A stretch of DNA of 64,000 nt. It comes from Somniosus microcephalus. Taxonomy: Eukaryota. The stretch is from assembly GCA_052327205.1 (NCBI GenBank), contig CM126210.1, positions 95,666,001 to 95,730,000 of the forward strand. Direction: 5' to 3'. Each line of letters begins with the position of its first letter. Within the stretch, counting starts at the first letter, position 1. Under the pieces are notes generated by a model. It saw only the letters and a list, made by a program, of their open reading frames with translations. It was not told the origin of the DNA and ran no database searches. The position numbers were made by a program, and so were the translations under genes. Below are positions 36,801-48,800 of the stretch, one piece after another.

Positions 36801-39800
36801 AGAGGCGCAGATATCGCCGCCCACGGGCGGTAGTTGCTTTGCGCCCTCTTAAGGCGCTAATGGGAGGCGCAAACCAACTGAATTTTCCCCCCTAAAACTT
36901 CATTCCAAAGGGAATGGGATAAATATTCAAAAGGGAGGAATATAAAAAGATCGGAGGGCGGAGATGTGGTTACAGGAGAGCGCGCCAGCACCAGGGGTCG
37001 AATGGCCTCCTCCTGTGTTGCAAATTCCATCAGTCTCCTTTACGGAGTCCAAGAACAGGGAGCGGTTTACAAATATTGGTGCGGAGCTGAATTTAGAATG
37101 TGGTGCCGTGAGAAGTGCCCTAAATACTGAGCCCACTGCCCTTTGTGCAAGCTCTCGGTTTGGTTCAGGTCGGTCTGTGCTGCCCGGTTTTGACGAGTGA
37201 AGTCCAAGTGCAGATCAGAACTGACTGAGGTTCCCAGGTCAGAGTCGTCACCTTCACACGGAACCTGGGTCCAAACTAGAATCAGGCCTGCTAAAAGTGA
37301 CATCGACTGCGGAGCCTGTCTGCACCTTGTGCAGTGCAGGGGGATTCTGGCTATAGTTTCAGGGTGAATATCAGCAGGTTATAGGATTACTACTAGTTAC
37401 AGGTAGGATATCGGGGCATTACACCTATTACTACCATTGCATTACTATTGGTTATGAGGGGAACGGAGTGTTACCATTATTACTATTAGTTATCAGTGAA
37501 ATTTCAGTGAGTTACCATTAGTTACTGGTGGAATCAAAGTTAATCTCACCTCTGGTTTTCCCTCTGAGAATCACTCCCCCACTATCAGATTTCCCCCTTC
37601 CACCCCCCCTTCGTTTCTTTCCCCCTTCCCCGCCCTCGGTTTCCCCCCTCAGTTCCTTTCCCCCTTCCCCCACCCCCAGGTTCCTTTCCCCCTTCCCCCC
37701 ACCACCTCAGTTCCCCCCCTTCGTTTCTTTCCCCCTGCCCCCCCCTCCCTCGGTACCCCCCCTTCCCCCGCTCGGTCCCCCCGCTTTCTTTCCCTTCCCC
37801 CCCTCGCTTTCTTTCCCCCTTCCCCCCTCGCTTTCTTTCCCCCTTCCCCCCCTCGCTTTCTTTCCCCCTTCCCCCCCTCGCTTTCTTTCCCCCTTCCCCC
37901 CCTCGCTTTCTTTCCCCCTTCCCCCCCTCGCTTTCTTTCCCCCTTCCCCCCTCGCTTTCTTTCCCCCCTTCCCCCCTCGCTTTCTTTCCCTTCCCCCCTC
38001 GCTTTCTTTCCCCCTTCCCCCCTCGCTTTCTTTCCCCCTTCCCCCCTCGCTTTCTTTCCCCCTTCCCCCTCGCTTTCTTTCCCCCTTCCCCCCCTCGCTT
38101 TCTTTCCCCCTTCCCCCCTCGCTTTCTTTCCCCCTTCCCCCCTCGCTTTCTTTCCCCCTTCCCCCCTCGCTTTCTTTCCCCCTTCCCCCCTCGCTTTCTT
38201 TCCCCCTTCCCCCCTCGCTTTCTTTCCCCCTTCCCCCCTCGCTTTCTTTCCCCCTTCCCCCCTCGCTTTCTTTCCCCCTTCCCCCCCTCGCTTTCTTTCC
38301 CCCTTCCCCCCTCGCTTTCTTTCCCCCTTCCCCCCTCGCTTTCTTTCCCCCTTCCCCCCTCGCTTTCTTTCCCCCTTCCCCCCTCGCTTTCTTTCCCCCT
38401 TCCCCCCCTCGCTTTCTTTCCCCCTTCCCCCCCTCGCTTTCTTTCCCCCTTCCCCCCTCGCTTTCTTTCCCCCTTCCCCCCTTTCTTCCCCTTCCCCCTC
38501 GCTTTCTTTCCCCCTTCCCCCCTCGCTTTCTTCCCCCCTTCCCCCCCTCGCTTTCTTTCCCCTTCTCCCCCCCCCGCTTTCTTTCCCCCTTCCCCCCCCT
38601 CGGTTTCTTTCCCCCTTCCCCCCCTCCGCGTTTCTTTCCCCTTCCCCCCCCTCGCTTTCTTTCCCCCCTTCCCCCCCCCTCGTTTCTTTCCCCCTTCCCC
38701 CCCCCTCGGTTTCTTTCCCCTTCCCCCCCCCCCTCGGTTTCTTTCCCCCTTCCCCCCCCCTCGGTTTCTTTCCCCCTTCCCCCCCCCCTCGGTTTCTTTC
38801 CCCCTTCCCCCCCCCCCTCGGTTTCTTTCCCCTTCCCCCCCCCCTCGGTTTCTTTCCCCCTCCCCCCACCTCGGTTTCTTTCCCCCTCCCCCCCACCTCG
38901 GTTTCTTTCCCCCTCCCCCCCCCACCTCGGTTTCTTTCCCCCTCCCCCCACCTCGGTTTCTTTCCCCCTCCCCCCACCCTCGGTTTCTTTCCCCCTCCCC
39001 CCACCTCGGTTTCTTTCCCCCCCTCCCCCCACCTCGGTTTCTTTCCCCCTCCCCCCCTCGCTTTCTTTCCCCCTTCCCCCCTCGCTTTCTTTCCCCCTTC
39101 CCCCCTTCTTTCCCCCTTCCCCCCTCGCTTTCTTTCCCCCTTCCCCCCTCGCTTTCTTTCCCCCTTCCCCCCCTCGCTTTCTTTCCCCCTTCCCCCCCCG
39201 CTTTCTTTCCCCCTTCCCCCCCCTCGGTTTCTTTCCCCCTTCCCCCCCCCCTCGGTTTCTTTCCCCCTTCCCCCCCTCGCTTTCTTTCCCCCTTCCCCCC
39301 CCCTCGGTTTCTTTCCCCCTTCCCCCCCCCTCGGTTTCTTTCCCCCTTCCCCCCCCCCTCGGTTTCTTTCCCCCTTCCCCCCCCCTCGGTTTCTTTCCCC
39401 CTTCCCCCCCCCCCTCGGTTTCTTTCCCCCTCCCCCCACCTCGGTTTCTTTCCCCCTCCCCCCACCTCGGTTTCTTTCCCCCTCCCCCCACCTCGGTTTC
39501 TTTCCCCCTCCCCCCACCTCGGTTTCTTTCCCCCTCCCCCCACCTCGGTTTCTTTCCCCCTCCCCCCACCTCGGTTTCTTTCCCCCTCCCCCCACCTCGG
39601 TTTCTTTCCCCCTCCCCCCACCTCGGTTTCTTTCCCCCTCCCCCCACCTCGGTTTCTTTCCCCCTCCCCCCACCTCGGTTTCTTTCCCCCTCCCCCCACC
39701 TCGGTTTCTTTCCCCCTCCCCCCACCTCGGTTTCTTTCCCCCTCCCCCCACCTCGGTTTCTTTCCCCCTCCCCCCACCTCGGTTTCTTTCCCCCTCCCCC

Positions 39801-42800
39801 CACCTCGGTTTCTTTCCCCCTCCCCCCACCTCGGTTTCTTTCCCCCTCCCCCCACCTCGGTTTCTTTCCCCCTCCCCCCACCTCGGTTTCTTTCCCCCTC
39901 CCCCCACCTCGGTTTCTTTCCCCCTCCCCCCACCTCGGTTTCTTTCCCCCTCCCCCCACCTCGGTTTCTTTCCCCCTCCCCCCACCTCGGTTTCTTTCCC
40001 CCTCCCCCCACCTCGGTTTCTTTCCCCCTCCCCCCACCTCGGTTTCTTTCCCCCTCCCCCCACCTCGGTTTCTTTCCCCCTCCCCCCACCTCGGTTTCTT
40101 TCCCCCTCCCCCCACCTCGGTTTCTTTCCCCCTTCCCCGGCTCACAGGTGGCCTCCTGGTTGTTGGAACTTGTCGCACAACTGCTGCTAGCACAAAACCA
40201 TAAGGAAAAATACTCAACTACAGGGGACCCAATCTTTCATACGGTAATTGTCACATTTGTAGAAGTCATGTAATCAGATGTCATGTGATCAGGCATCACA
40301 TGGCCAGATATCATGTGGTCAGAATGTCACATGATCAAACCTCCAGGAATGCCTCCAACCAGAGTTGGCAACTCTAGGCCGGAAGCTTCTATTAGATTTT
40401 TAAAATGTGATCCCAAATTACTTCAATCTATGCAATCGATCACCCTTTAAATATTAAGAGATGCTCCCTGGCTCTTGCAACCTTGGACACCCAAGAATAC
40501 ACCAGCACTCATAGCATGTTGCTCATGTGCAAGCGATAGGAAATATGTCAGCTGATGTAATTTCACCATTTGCATGCTCTCTTATTTTACCCACCCATAA
40601 TTGGACAGACGTAATCTCCATCCCGACCACTTCCGTCAGAAAACCCCGGAAGAGCAGGGACAAGCAGGGAGCTGGCAGAGCAACTTCTAAAAGATTTTCC
40701 ACCCCACTGAAGGTACACCAAGGAGGTGGTCTAACCCCAGTGGAAAATCTTAGCCAATAACTGAATCTTGATTTTTTTTATTTTTTTTTTTAAATAAGTT
40801 TAGTGATTTCAATAACATATTGGCCCTGAAATTAGGATCGGGAGCTTGCCGCGCGTGCAAGCCCCCGATGTGCACTCACCCTGCGCGCCGACATCTGAAG
40901 CCCGGGCCTGCTTGCATTTCCTGTCACTGGCCCGGTTCAGATGTCGGCGCGATGTGCTTACCTGATCCAGCGGCGTAGTTAGTGCGATGTGCCGGCTGGG
41001 ATCAGGTGAGCACTGTGCAGCCAATCAGGGGAGGGGAAACTCATTCATGAGTTTGACAGTAAGAGCTGTCAAACTCATGAAAACTCCTGGCCCCAAAACA
41101 CTACTTAAACCTGAAAGAAAATTAAAAAAAACATTGCACTACTTAAATGAACAATAAAGAACTCTGAAAAACTATTTTAAACAATAATTTTAAAAATTGA
41201 AAAAAAAATTTATATAAAAAAATCAGGGCTAAAACTAAACTTACCTTACTGTAAATTCTTTAAAAATAACAAACCTGTGGAAAAAAAATTCTCTATTGTA
41301 CTAAAAGCCCACTTACCTGAAAAACTAAGTACTTGCGTGTGGTTTTTCAATGCGTAAAGACCGGAGGCCTTTACACACGCGCAACTCTGGGAAAAAAAAA
41401 GGAATTTCATTGCGCACGCGCTGCCTGTGCAGTCGCGCGCGCTCTGCCTCTTAACCCCTTGGGTCAGAGGACAGGAAATGCCGGTTTTCAGCACATGCGC
41501 TGTGCATGCTGAAAACCGGCAATTCCTCCGGGTACACGCGTGAGTACCCCGTCCGTACTCCCGCGTTGTGCCCGGAATTACTGGGCCAATGAACATTCCA
41601 CAGAGCCAGTATTCATTTTTGTTAGCAAAATGGGCACTCTGTAAATTTATGTAAATAAAACTTCTAGACTGAAACTAGACAAAGATGGATTCTATATTAT
41701 TTTGAAATGATTTTCTCAGAATCATAGTTTGAATAGATCAGACAATATTTCCATATTAAAATGATTTCGAGTGGGTAGCGAACTCACCTCTGAGTCAGTA
41801 GGTTGTGGGTTCATGTCCCACTCCAGAGACTTGATCACAAAATCTAGGCTGACACTCCAGTGCAGTGCTGAGGAAGTGCTGCACTGTCGGAGGTGCCGTC
41901 TTTCGGATGAGACGTTAAACCGAGACCCCGTCTGCGCTCTCAGGTGGACGTAAAAGATCCTATGGCACTATTTCGAAGAGGAGCAGGGGAGTTATCCCCA
42001 GTGTCCTGGCTAATATTTGTCCCTCAATCAACATAATAAAAACAGATTAACTGGTCATTGTCACATTGCTGTTTGTGGGAGCTTGCTGTGCACAAATTGG
42101 TGGCTGCGTTTCCTACATTACAACAGTGACTATACTTCACTGGCTGTAAAGTGCTTTGGGACATCCTGAGGTGAAAGGTGCTATGAGTCTTTCTTTCTAG
42201 CAAAGAATGTGTGGAGCACAGCAACTATCCATCAAAACAATAAGTCGAACGAGGTAAATTCATTCCTTACAGGAGTCCTGTTGCCAAGAATATACCCACA
42301 CTCACGAGCCTAGCAGCTTAACTTCACTGCACTGCTTAAAGCAATAACTATGGTTTCTTTCTCCTGCACTTACTGCAGCATTTCATTGTTGTTGAGTCCT
42401 TACCTGCTTCAATTGCCTCCCCCACTTTCTCAGAATCTACCGAAAGGTATAAATTGGTGTGGTATGCTTTCAGATATCCGACTGGACTTTTTCCACCCGT
42501 CATACAGAATCGTTCAATTGCCAAACCTGTTTGAAAAAACCAAAGGGAACGTTGTTTTTAAGATGCAGCCCTCCTTAGGCAGCTTATTGAAATTCATTTT
42601 CAATTTGCAAGCGTATATCTATAAAAATCATCTTTTCAATATATATGTATAATAACAAGTCGATAGTGTGTGCTTGTTCACATTCCATTACAAAACAGGT
42701 TACACCCTTCCAGTGCTGATGAATTGAGTCATTCAGGCATTAATAGGCTGCAGGCACTGCCAATAAGTCTACTTATTCACCAGCCCCTTCTGTGCTTAAA

Positions 42801-45800
42801 CCTGGTCACATCTATGATGCACGCAGGTCAATCTTCAACATTGATATAGACATGTGCATTGTACACGGATGTGTCATTTCCAACCCCCGTGGGGTGGCAA
42901 ATCAGCCCAGGTCCAAGTGTATTAACAGGTTAATGGAACAAGACATCAATCATTCAGTCATGTCCTGCCCAAGTTGTGCAATGCAAGTACAGAATTGTCT
43001 GGTTCCACTCAGAGCTCTAATCTTAGATTAAGGGAATTTGTGCAATGTGCATGCTGTATGCTGGGAGTCAGGGCTCCATGCAGGATGTGGGGGAAGAAAT
43101 CCCTGAACTCCATTCTCATAAGAACTCTCATGGTTATGCTCTCAGAAGCTGAGTGGCTATGAAGCAAGTGTTTTTTTCGCTCTCATTTCATGTTTTCTGT
43201 TGGTGTTTCTGGGTGGGAGCAGAAATGTGAACTCTGTCATTGGGGGGGAGACTCATGCTCCAATTTTAGCTGTCCCCACCTGGCAGAAACCGGGCGGGGT
43301 CAGTTAGAATAAGGCGAGCCACTTACCTGCTTATTCTCACTGCCTTCCTGTCGTGCCCCAATATTAACCTGCTCTTTTGAGAAGGGGTACAGGCCCCCCT
43401 CAGAAAGGAAGTGGAGTCCTAATCAATGTTCCCTCTAATTTTTTTTGTACTCCTTTGAGTGCAACCTTTTCGCCTGTGGGCAAATTTTACAACAATAATG
43501 ACAGCAACAGCAACCACTTAAAAGCATATATACAGTAATGCCATATTGCCACCCCAACGTCTCAAATCATGAGACAATCAGACAAGGTTCTGTACAAGTT
43601 TAACATAACTTAACTGCTTCTGAATTCTATTCCTCTAGAAATGAACCCCAATGCTTTATTTGCACTTTATGGCTTTTTTAACTTTTGTTGCTACATTTAA
43701 TAATTTGTGAAGCTATATCCCTAGATCCCTTTGCACCTCTACCCCATTTAGACTCTTACTTTCCAAGGAGTAGGTCGCCTCCTTATTCCTCCTACCAAAA
43801 TGCACCACCGCCCACTCACCTATATGGAAATTCATTTGTCATTTACATGCCCATTCTGCAAGTTTGTTTACAGTAGAATTAATTAAAAGCTTTTAGTACG
43901 TCATGTACAAACTATTAAAAAAAAAATCCTTGTCAGAAATGACTGGGACATAAAAGAACTGCATAATAGTGCGTTAGCACTTCAGAAATGTCACTCAGTT
44001 ACACAGTTATAAGAACATAAGAAATAGGAGTAGGCCATTCGGCCCCTCGAGCCTGCTCCGCCATTCCATAAGGTCATGGCTGATCGGATCTTGGCCTCAA
44101 CTCCACTTTCCTGCCCGCTCCCCATAACCCTTGATTCCCGTTTTTCAAAAATCTGTCTATCTCCACCTTGAATATATTCAATGACTCAGTCTCCACAGCT
44201 CTCTGGGGTAGAGAATTCCAAAGATTCACGACCCTCCGAGATGAAATTCCTCCTCATCTGTGTTTTAAATGGATAACCCCTTATTCTGAAACTATCCCCC
44301 CAGTTCTAGATTCCCCCACAAGGGGAAACATCGGCCCTGCACCTACCCTGTCAAGCCCCATCAGAATCTTATATGTTTCAATAAGATCACGTCTCATTCT
44401 TCTAAACTCCAATGAGTATAGGCCCAACCTGCTCAACCTTTCCTCATAAAACAACCCCTTCAACTCAGGAATAAACCTAATGAACCTTCTCTGAACTGCC
44501 TCCAATGCAAGTATATCCTTCCTTAAATAAGGAGACCAAAACTGTACGTAGTACCCCAGGTGTGGTCTCACCAATACCCTGTACAGTTGTAGCAAGACTT
44601 CCCTACTTTTATAGTCCATCCCCCTTGCAATGAAGGCCAATATTTCATTTGCCTTCCTAATTACTTGCTGTACCTGCATGCTAACCTTTTGTGTTTCATG
44701 TACAAGGACCCCCAGATCACTCTGTACCGCAGCATTCTGTAGTCTCTCTCCATTTAAGTATTTTGCTTTTTTATTCTTGTGGATAACCTCACATTTTCCC
44801 ACATTATACTCCATCTGCCAAATTTTTGCCCACTCACTTAACCTATCTATATCCCTTTGCAGACTCTTTGGGCAGGATTTTCATTGGGCCGTGGAGTCAC
44901 GATTGGAAGCGTGTGGGAGTTTAAAATCCCGAAATCGGGGGTCCCGACCCCATCCCGCCTCCATGCCAGTTTCAAAGGTGGCGGATACCCGCCCCGCACT
45001 GGGACCCGCCTCCCCGAGGCGGTAAGGGGAATTAGTGCCAATTAACTGCCTGTTAACAGGTAGTTAATAGGCAGTTTTTAGCCTAATCCCTATTTTTATT
45101 GTTGAAGTGTGGGATTCCCGACGGCGCCAAACCACGCCAAGTTAGCGAGGCGGGCCGTCGGGATGAAGGGCTTGGAAGGGTCGAGATGTCCGGTGTTCAG
45201 GTGCATGAGTGCAGAGGTAAGTGTGTTTGGTCTGTGTAAAGTGTTTAAAGAATTTCTACTAACCTTTACTTACCTTTACAGCCTTCCTTCCTTCAGGTCT
45301 CGGGAGTCCCTCATCTCACTGGCACAGAAAGCAGAATGGCCGCCAGCTGTCAAAATCTGCAGCCTCTGCTTTCTGTTCCGGGGAGATCTCTAAATCATCC
45401 TGAGGGGAAGGAATTAACCTGGAGTACAGATTGTCAGTGTTTGACAGCTTCAAACAGCTGTGAAGCGCTGATATTTCATCTGTCAAAGGTCTTGACAGAT
45501 GAAATATCAATCTGTGTTGTCACCTGTTGCCGGGTGGTCCTTAATTGGACTGCTGAGCCCGCTGGGTGGGCTCAACAAGGTCAATCAAGTCAAAATCGCA
45601 TGGGTTGGCTAGAACTCGATGGAGGCGGGACTAGAACCCCAAAAGTTGTAGTCCCGCCTCCTACCCGACTCCTCAATGAAAATCCAGCCCTTTGTGTATT
45701 CCTTACAACTTGCTTTCCCACCTATCTTTGTAGCATCAGCAAATTTGGCTACAGTTCACTCAGTACCTTCATCCAAGTCATTAATATAGATTGTAAATAG

Positions 45801-48800
45801 TTGAGGCCCCAGCACTGATCCCTGTGGCACCCCACTAGTTACAGTTTACCAACCTGAAAATGACCCATTTATTCCGACTCTCTGTTTTCTGTTAGTTAGC
45901 CAATCCTCTATCCAATCTAATATATTACCCCCAACACCATGAGCTCTTATCATGTGCAGTAACCTTTTATGCGGCACTTTATCGAATGCCTTCTGGAAAT
46001 CCAAATACACTACATCTACTGGTTCCCCTTTATCCACCCTGCTCGTTACATCCTCAAAGAACTCTAGTAAATTTGCCAAACATGATTTCCCTTTCATAAA
46101 ACCATGTTGACTCTGCTTGACTGCATTATGATTTTCTAAATGTCCTGCTGTTACTTCCTTAATAATGGATTCCAGCATTTTCCCAATGAGAGATGTTAGG
46201 CTAACGGGCCTATAGTTTCCTGCTTTCTGTCTCCCTCCTTTCTTGAATAGGGGAGTTACATTTGTGGTTTTCCAATCCGCTGGGACCTCTCCAGAATCCA
46301 GGGAATTTTGGTAGATTACAACCAACGCATTCACTATCTCTGCAGCCACTTCTTCTGCAACGACAAACAATCCAAAAGCCTAAGGTATATCTATTCGTGC
46401 AATTAGTATTAATTTTAAAGTTTTCAACATATTATCCCATCCCTCATGTCACTATACCAATGGCTGCACAAGCAGCAGCCGCGCACCTTAGAGAGAGCAG
46501 TGATCCCACTTTAAATATGCAGATCTGGTCTAATTGTATCATCAGGACCTGATCTGTAATTTTAGTTGAAGGCCTGAGCAGATGGCCAGTTACAACTCCT
46601 CAGTCAGGCAAACTTGTGCTGGATTGTGGGCCAGGACGGGCCCAGAAGATAAGTTTTACATTTTTATTTTGTGGGGGAGTGCTCTTCCGGACCTCACAAG
46701 GAAGCGTTGGGCCTCCCTTGCACTGGGCTAACCCACCTGCCCCCGATCACCACTGACAGCCCTACCCCCCTGCACCCCCCACCCACCTCATCCCGATTCA
46801 GTTGACAGCCTTCTTCCCCCACCCCTCGCAAATCTCTGCTGACAGCCTTGTCCCGTGCCCCCCCCACCATCTCCGAATCTCTGCTGACAGCCTTCTCCCG
46901 CCCCCCTACACCACCTCTGAATCTCTGCAGACAGCCTTCTTCCCCCTCGCAATTTTTCCATAGGCTTCTCTCCGCCCCCACCTCCATCCCCACCCCACCC
47001 CCTCCTGACTGCCCCACTCACACAGGCCCCTGGCTGCAGCCTCCTGCTGTTAAGATTGGCAGAGCCTCCAGGTCCCTGGCCTTGCTGGGTTCCTCGCCTG
47101 CTACTGGGCTCCCCTGCACCCCATGAAAATCGAGGCTTCAAATTTTCACAGTGACCAAAGGGGTGAAGAAACAAGAATGGAGAGGAAGGCAACAGACTCC
47201 AGATCTTGAGCGACCATGCCCCGGATGTTTGGTGAGGTTTAAAGAGGAGGGATTTTTTTGCCATTTTCACAAAAAATTTTGAATGTAAATTTTCAAATGA
47301 CCATTATTAGTTTTCAATATTTCTATTTATAAGTTTCCCCTTTACAAAAGAGTAAATCAAGATGATTTGTTTATTGCAATGCACAAAATATGCTACATAT
47401 GAATATTTCCCACACATGACAAGCAGATACAAACTATCGGAAGGTTTCTCAATCAAATTGACCTGCCCTTTTCAGTATTATTGCTAACAGATCATATATA
47501 TACCTTGCTGCTATAACAAACCTGATTCTATATTGTCTACAGCTGTGCTGCTGGCACATAACCTCTGACATTACGATGAAAAATATTGCTCAGTTTGAGA
47601 GAGTAAACTTGCGATTGTATTTCTAATGTGGGAAGCTGGTGGTGGCATAACTCATGTACAGAGTGAAAAAAAAATAGGGGAACTGGCAGAAAACAGAAAG
47701 GAGGAAGGAGGAAGGAAAGTACAGAGAGTGACCAAACATGTCGCAACTCATTGTTATGAAATGAGGACGACTTCATTTTAATTGAAAGCAACTTATTTAG
47801 ATATACAGTAACTCGTTTATTTCGATATGTTAGCCAGATTTTCAATCTGTCTCTCCCCTTTTGATGAGGAATCTCTCAGGCTATTTATGTTGTCAGTTTT
47901 CCCCGCTGCAGCAATTGATTATACTACCAAGGGCTCGTCCTTTATTTCTACTCCCCTTCCTCCAGTTGGGCTCAATTGAGTGTATCGATGGTGCTGTGCC
48001 TGGCGTGGGTGGCATCAGTGGGCCCGGACTGGTGCGTCACTGGAGGTGCAGCATGCATAAGCCACAGTGCCCACTCTGCTATGAATGCACCCAAAGCAGC
48101 TCAGCACAAATTAACTTGTTTAGTTAATTTCCTTTAAAGAGTTTCAGTGGAATTAACATTATTGCAAAGAGCTGAGGAATGTAGAAGTAACATCTGTAAT
48201 ATTGGAGCCTTCAGGTGTTATTTTTGTCACTGTTGTGCTATGGAAGCCTACTGTAAATGAACCCTCTGCATTTTATGCTTTTCATAGATTTTACAATTAA
48301 ACCAAGTGGCTATAGGCTATATCAATGGTGCGTGAATAAATTTACAGAATAATAGCTGAATGCATTACATTTAAATTGACATATTTGAATTCTTATAAAT
48401 GTGCCTATAGTATGTTCAGCTGAAGCTCACGTGGACAAAAATGACCTTCGCTGTTAGAACCTTGAATGTCAAAAAATTCAAAGTACTACAGTGATCAAAA
48501 TATATTTTTGGATATTAAGGGAATCAAGGGATATGGGGATAGTGCAGGAAAGTGGAGTTGAGGTAGAAGATCAGCCATGATCTTATCGAACGGCGGAGCA
48601 GGCTCAAGGGGCCAAATGGCCTACTCCTGCTCCTATTTCTTATGATTTTATGACCCAACCCAGAAGATTGTAACTTCTAATTAAAAATCATCTGTATTTG
48701 TGGTGAGGTGTTTCTTAGCAATTTGTTTCACGGGTATACAGTGCAGTTGAGCACTTTCAGTGAGCTGACCATGGGAGTAACCAGTTACTGTATAAGAGAT

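Larger units (their letters stand above)
32717..36892. mobile_element. Near-complete PIF/Harbinger DNA transposon with two convergent genes
   Basis: [18 protein letters not shown] / CTGAATTTTCCCCCC and a perfect TAA TSD. It interrupts a CR1 3' remnant that rejoins across the site. Confidence 0.93.
32192..40376. mobile_element. Putative hAT-type non-autonomous element expanded by nested insertions
   Basis: Imperfect TIRs TAAGGTGCCCAAC / GTTGGCAACTCTA; 8-bp flanks aaccggaa / ggccggaa (6/8 match). Confidence 0.55.

Noticed and set aside
37590-40137. CRISPR-like array
   Set aside because: No unique spacers, no cas genes, and a eukaryotic intron context.
37528-40217. 800-890 aa Pro/Phe-rich or Gly/Lys/Arg-rich ORFs
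   Set aside because: Artefacts of a stop-free satellite that is open in several frames on both strands.
46440-47140. Further degenerate MITE-like segments (also near 19.8-20.2, 31.9-32.1, 40.5-40.76, 43.25 and 63.66 kb)
   Set aside because: Only one TIR-like end or very decayed; boundaries cannot be supported.
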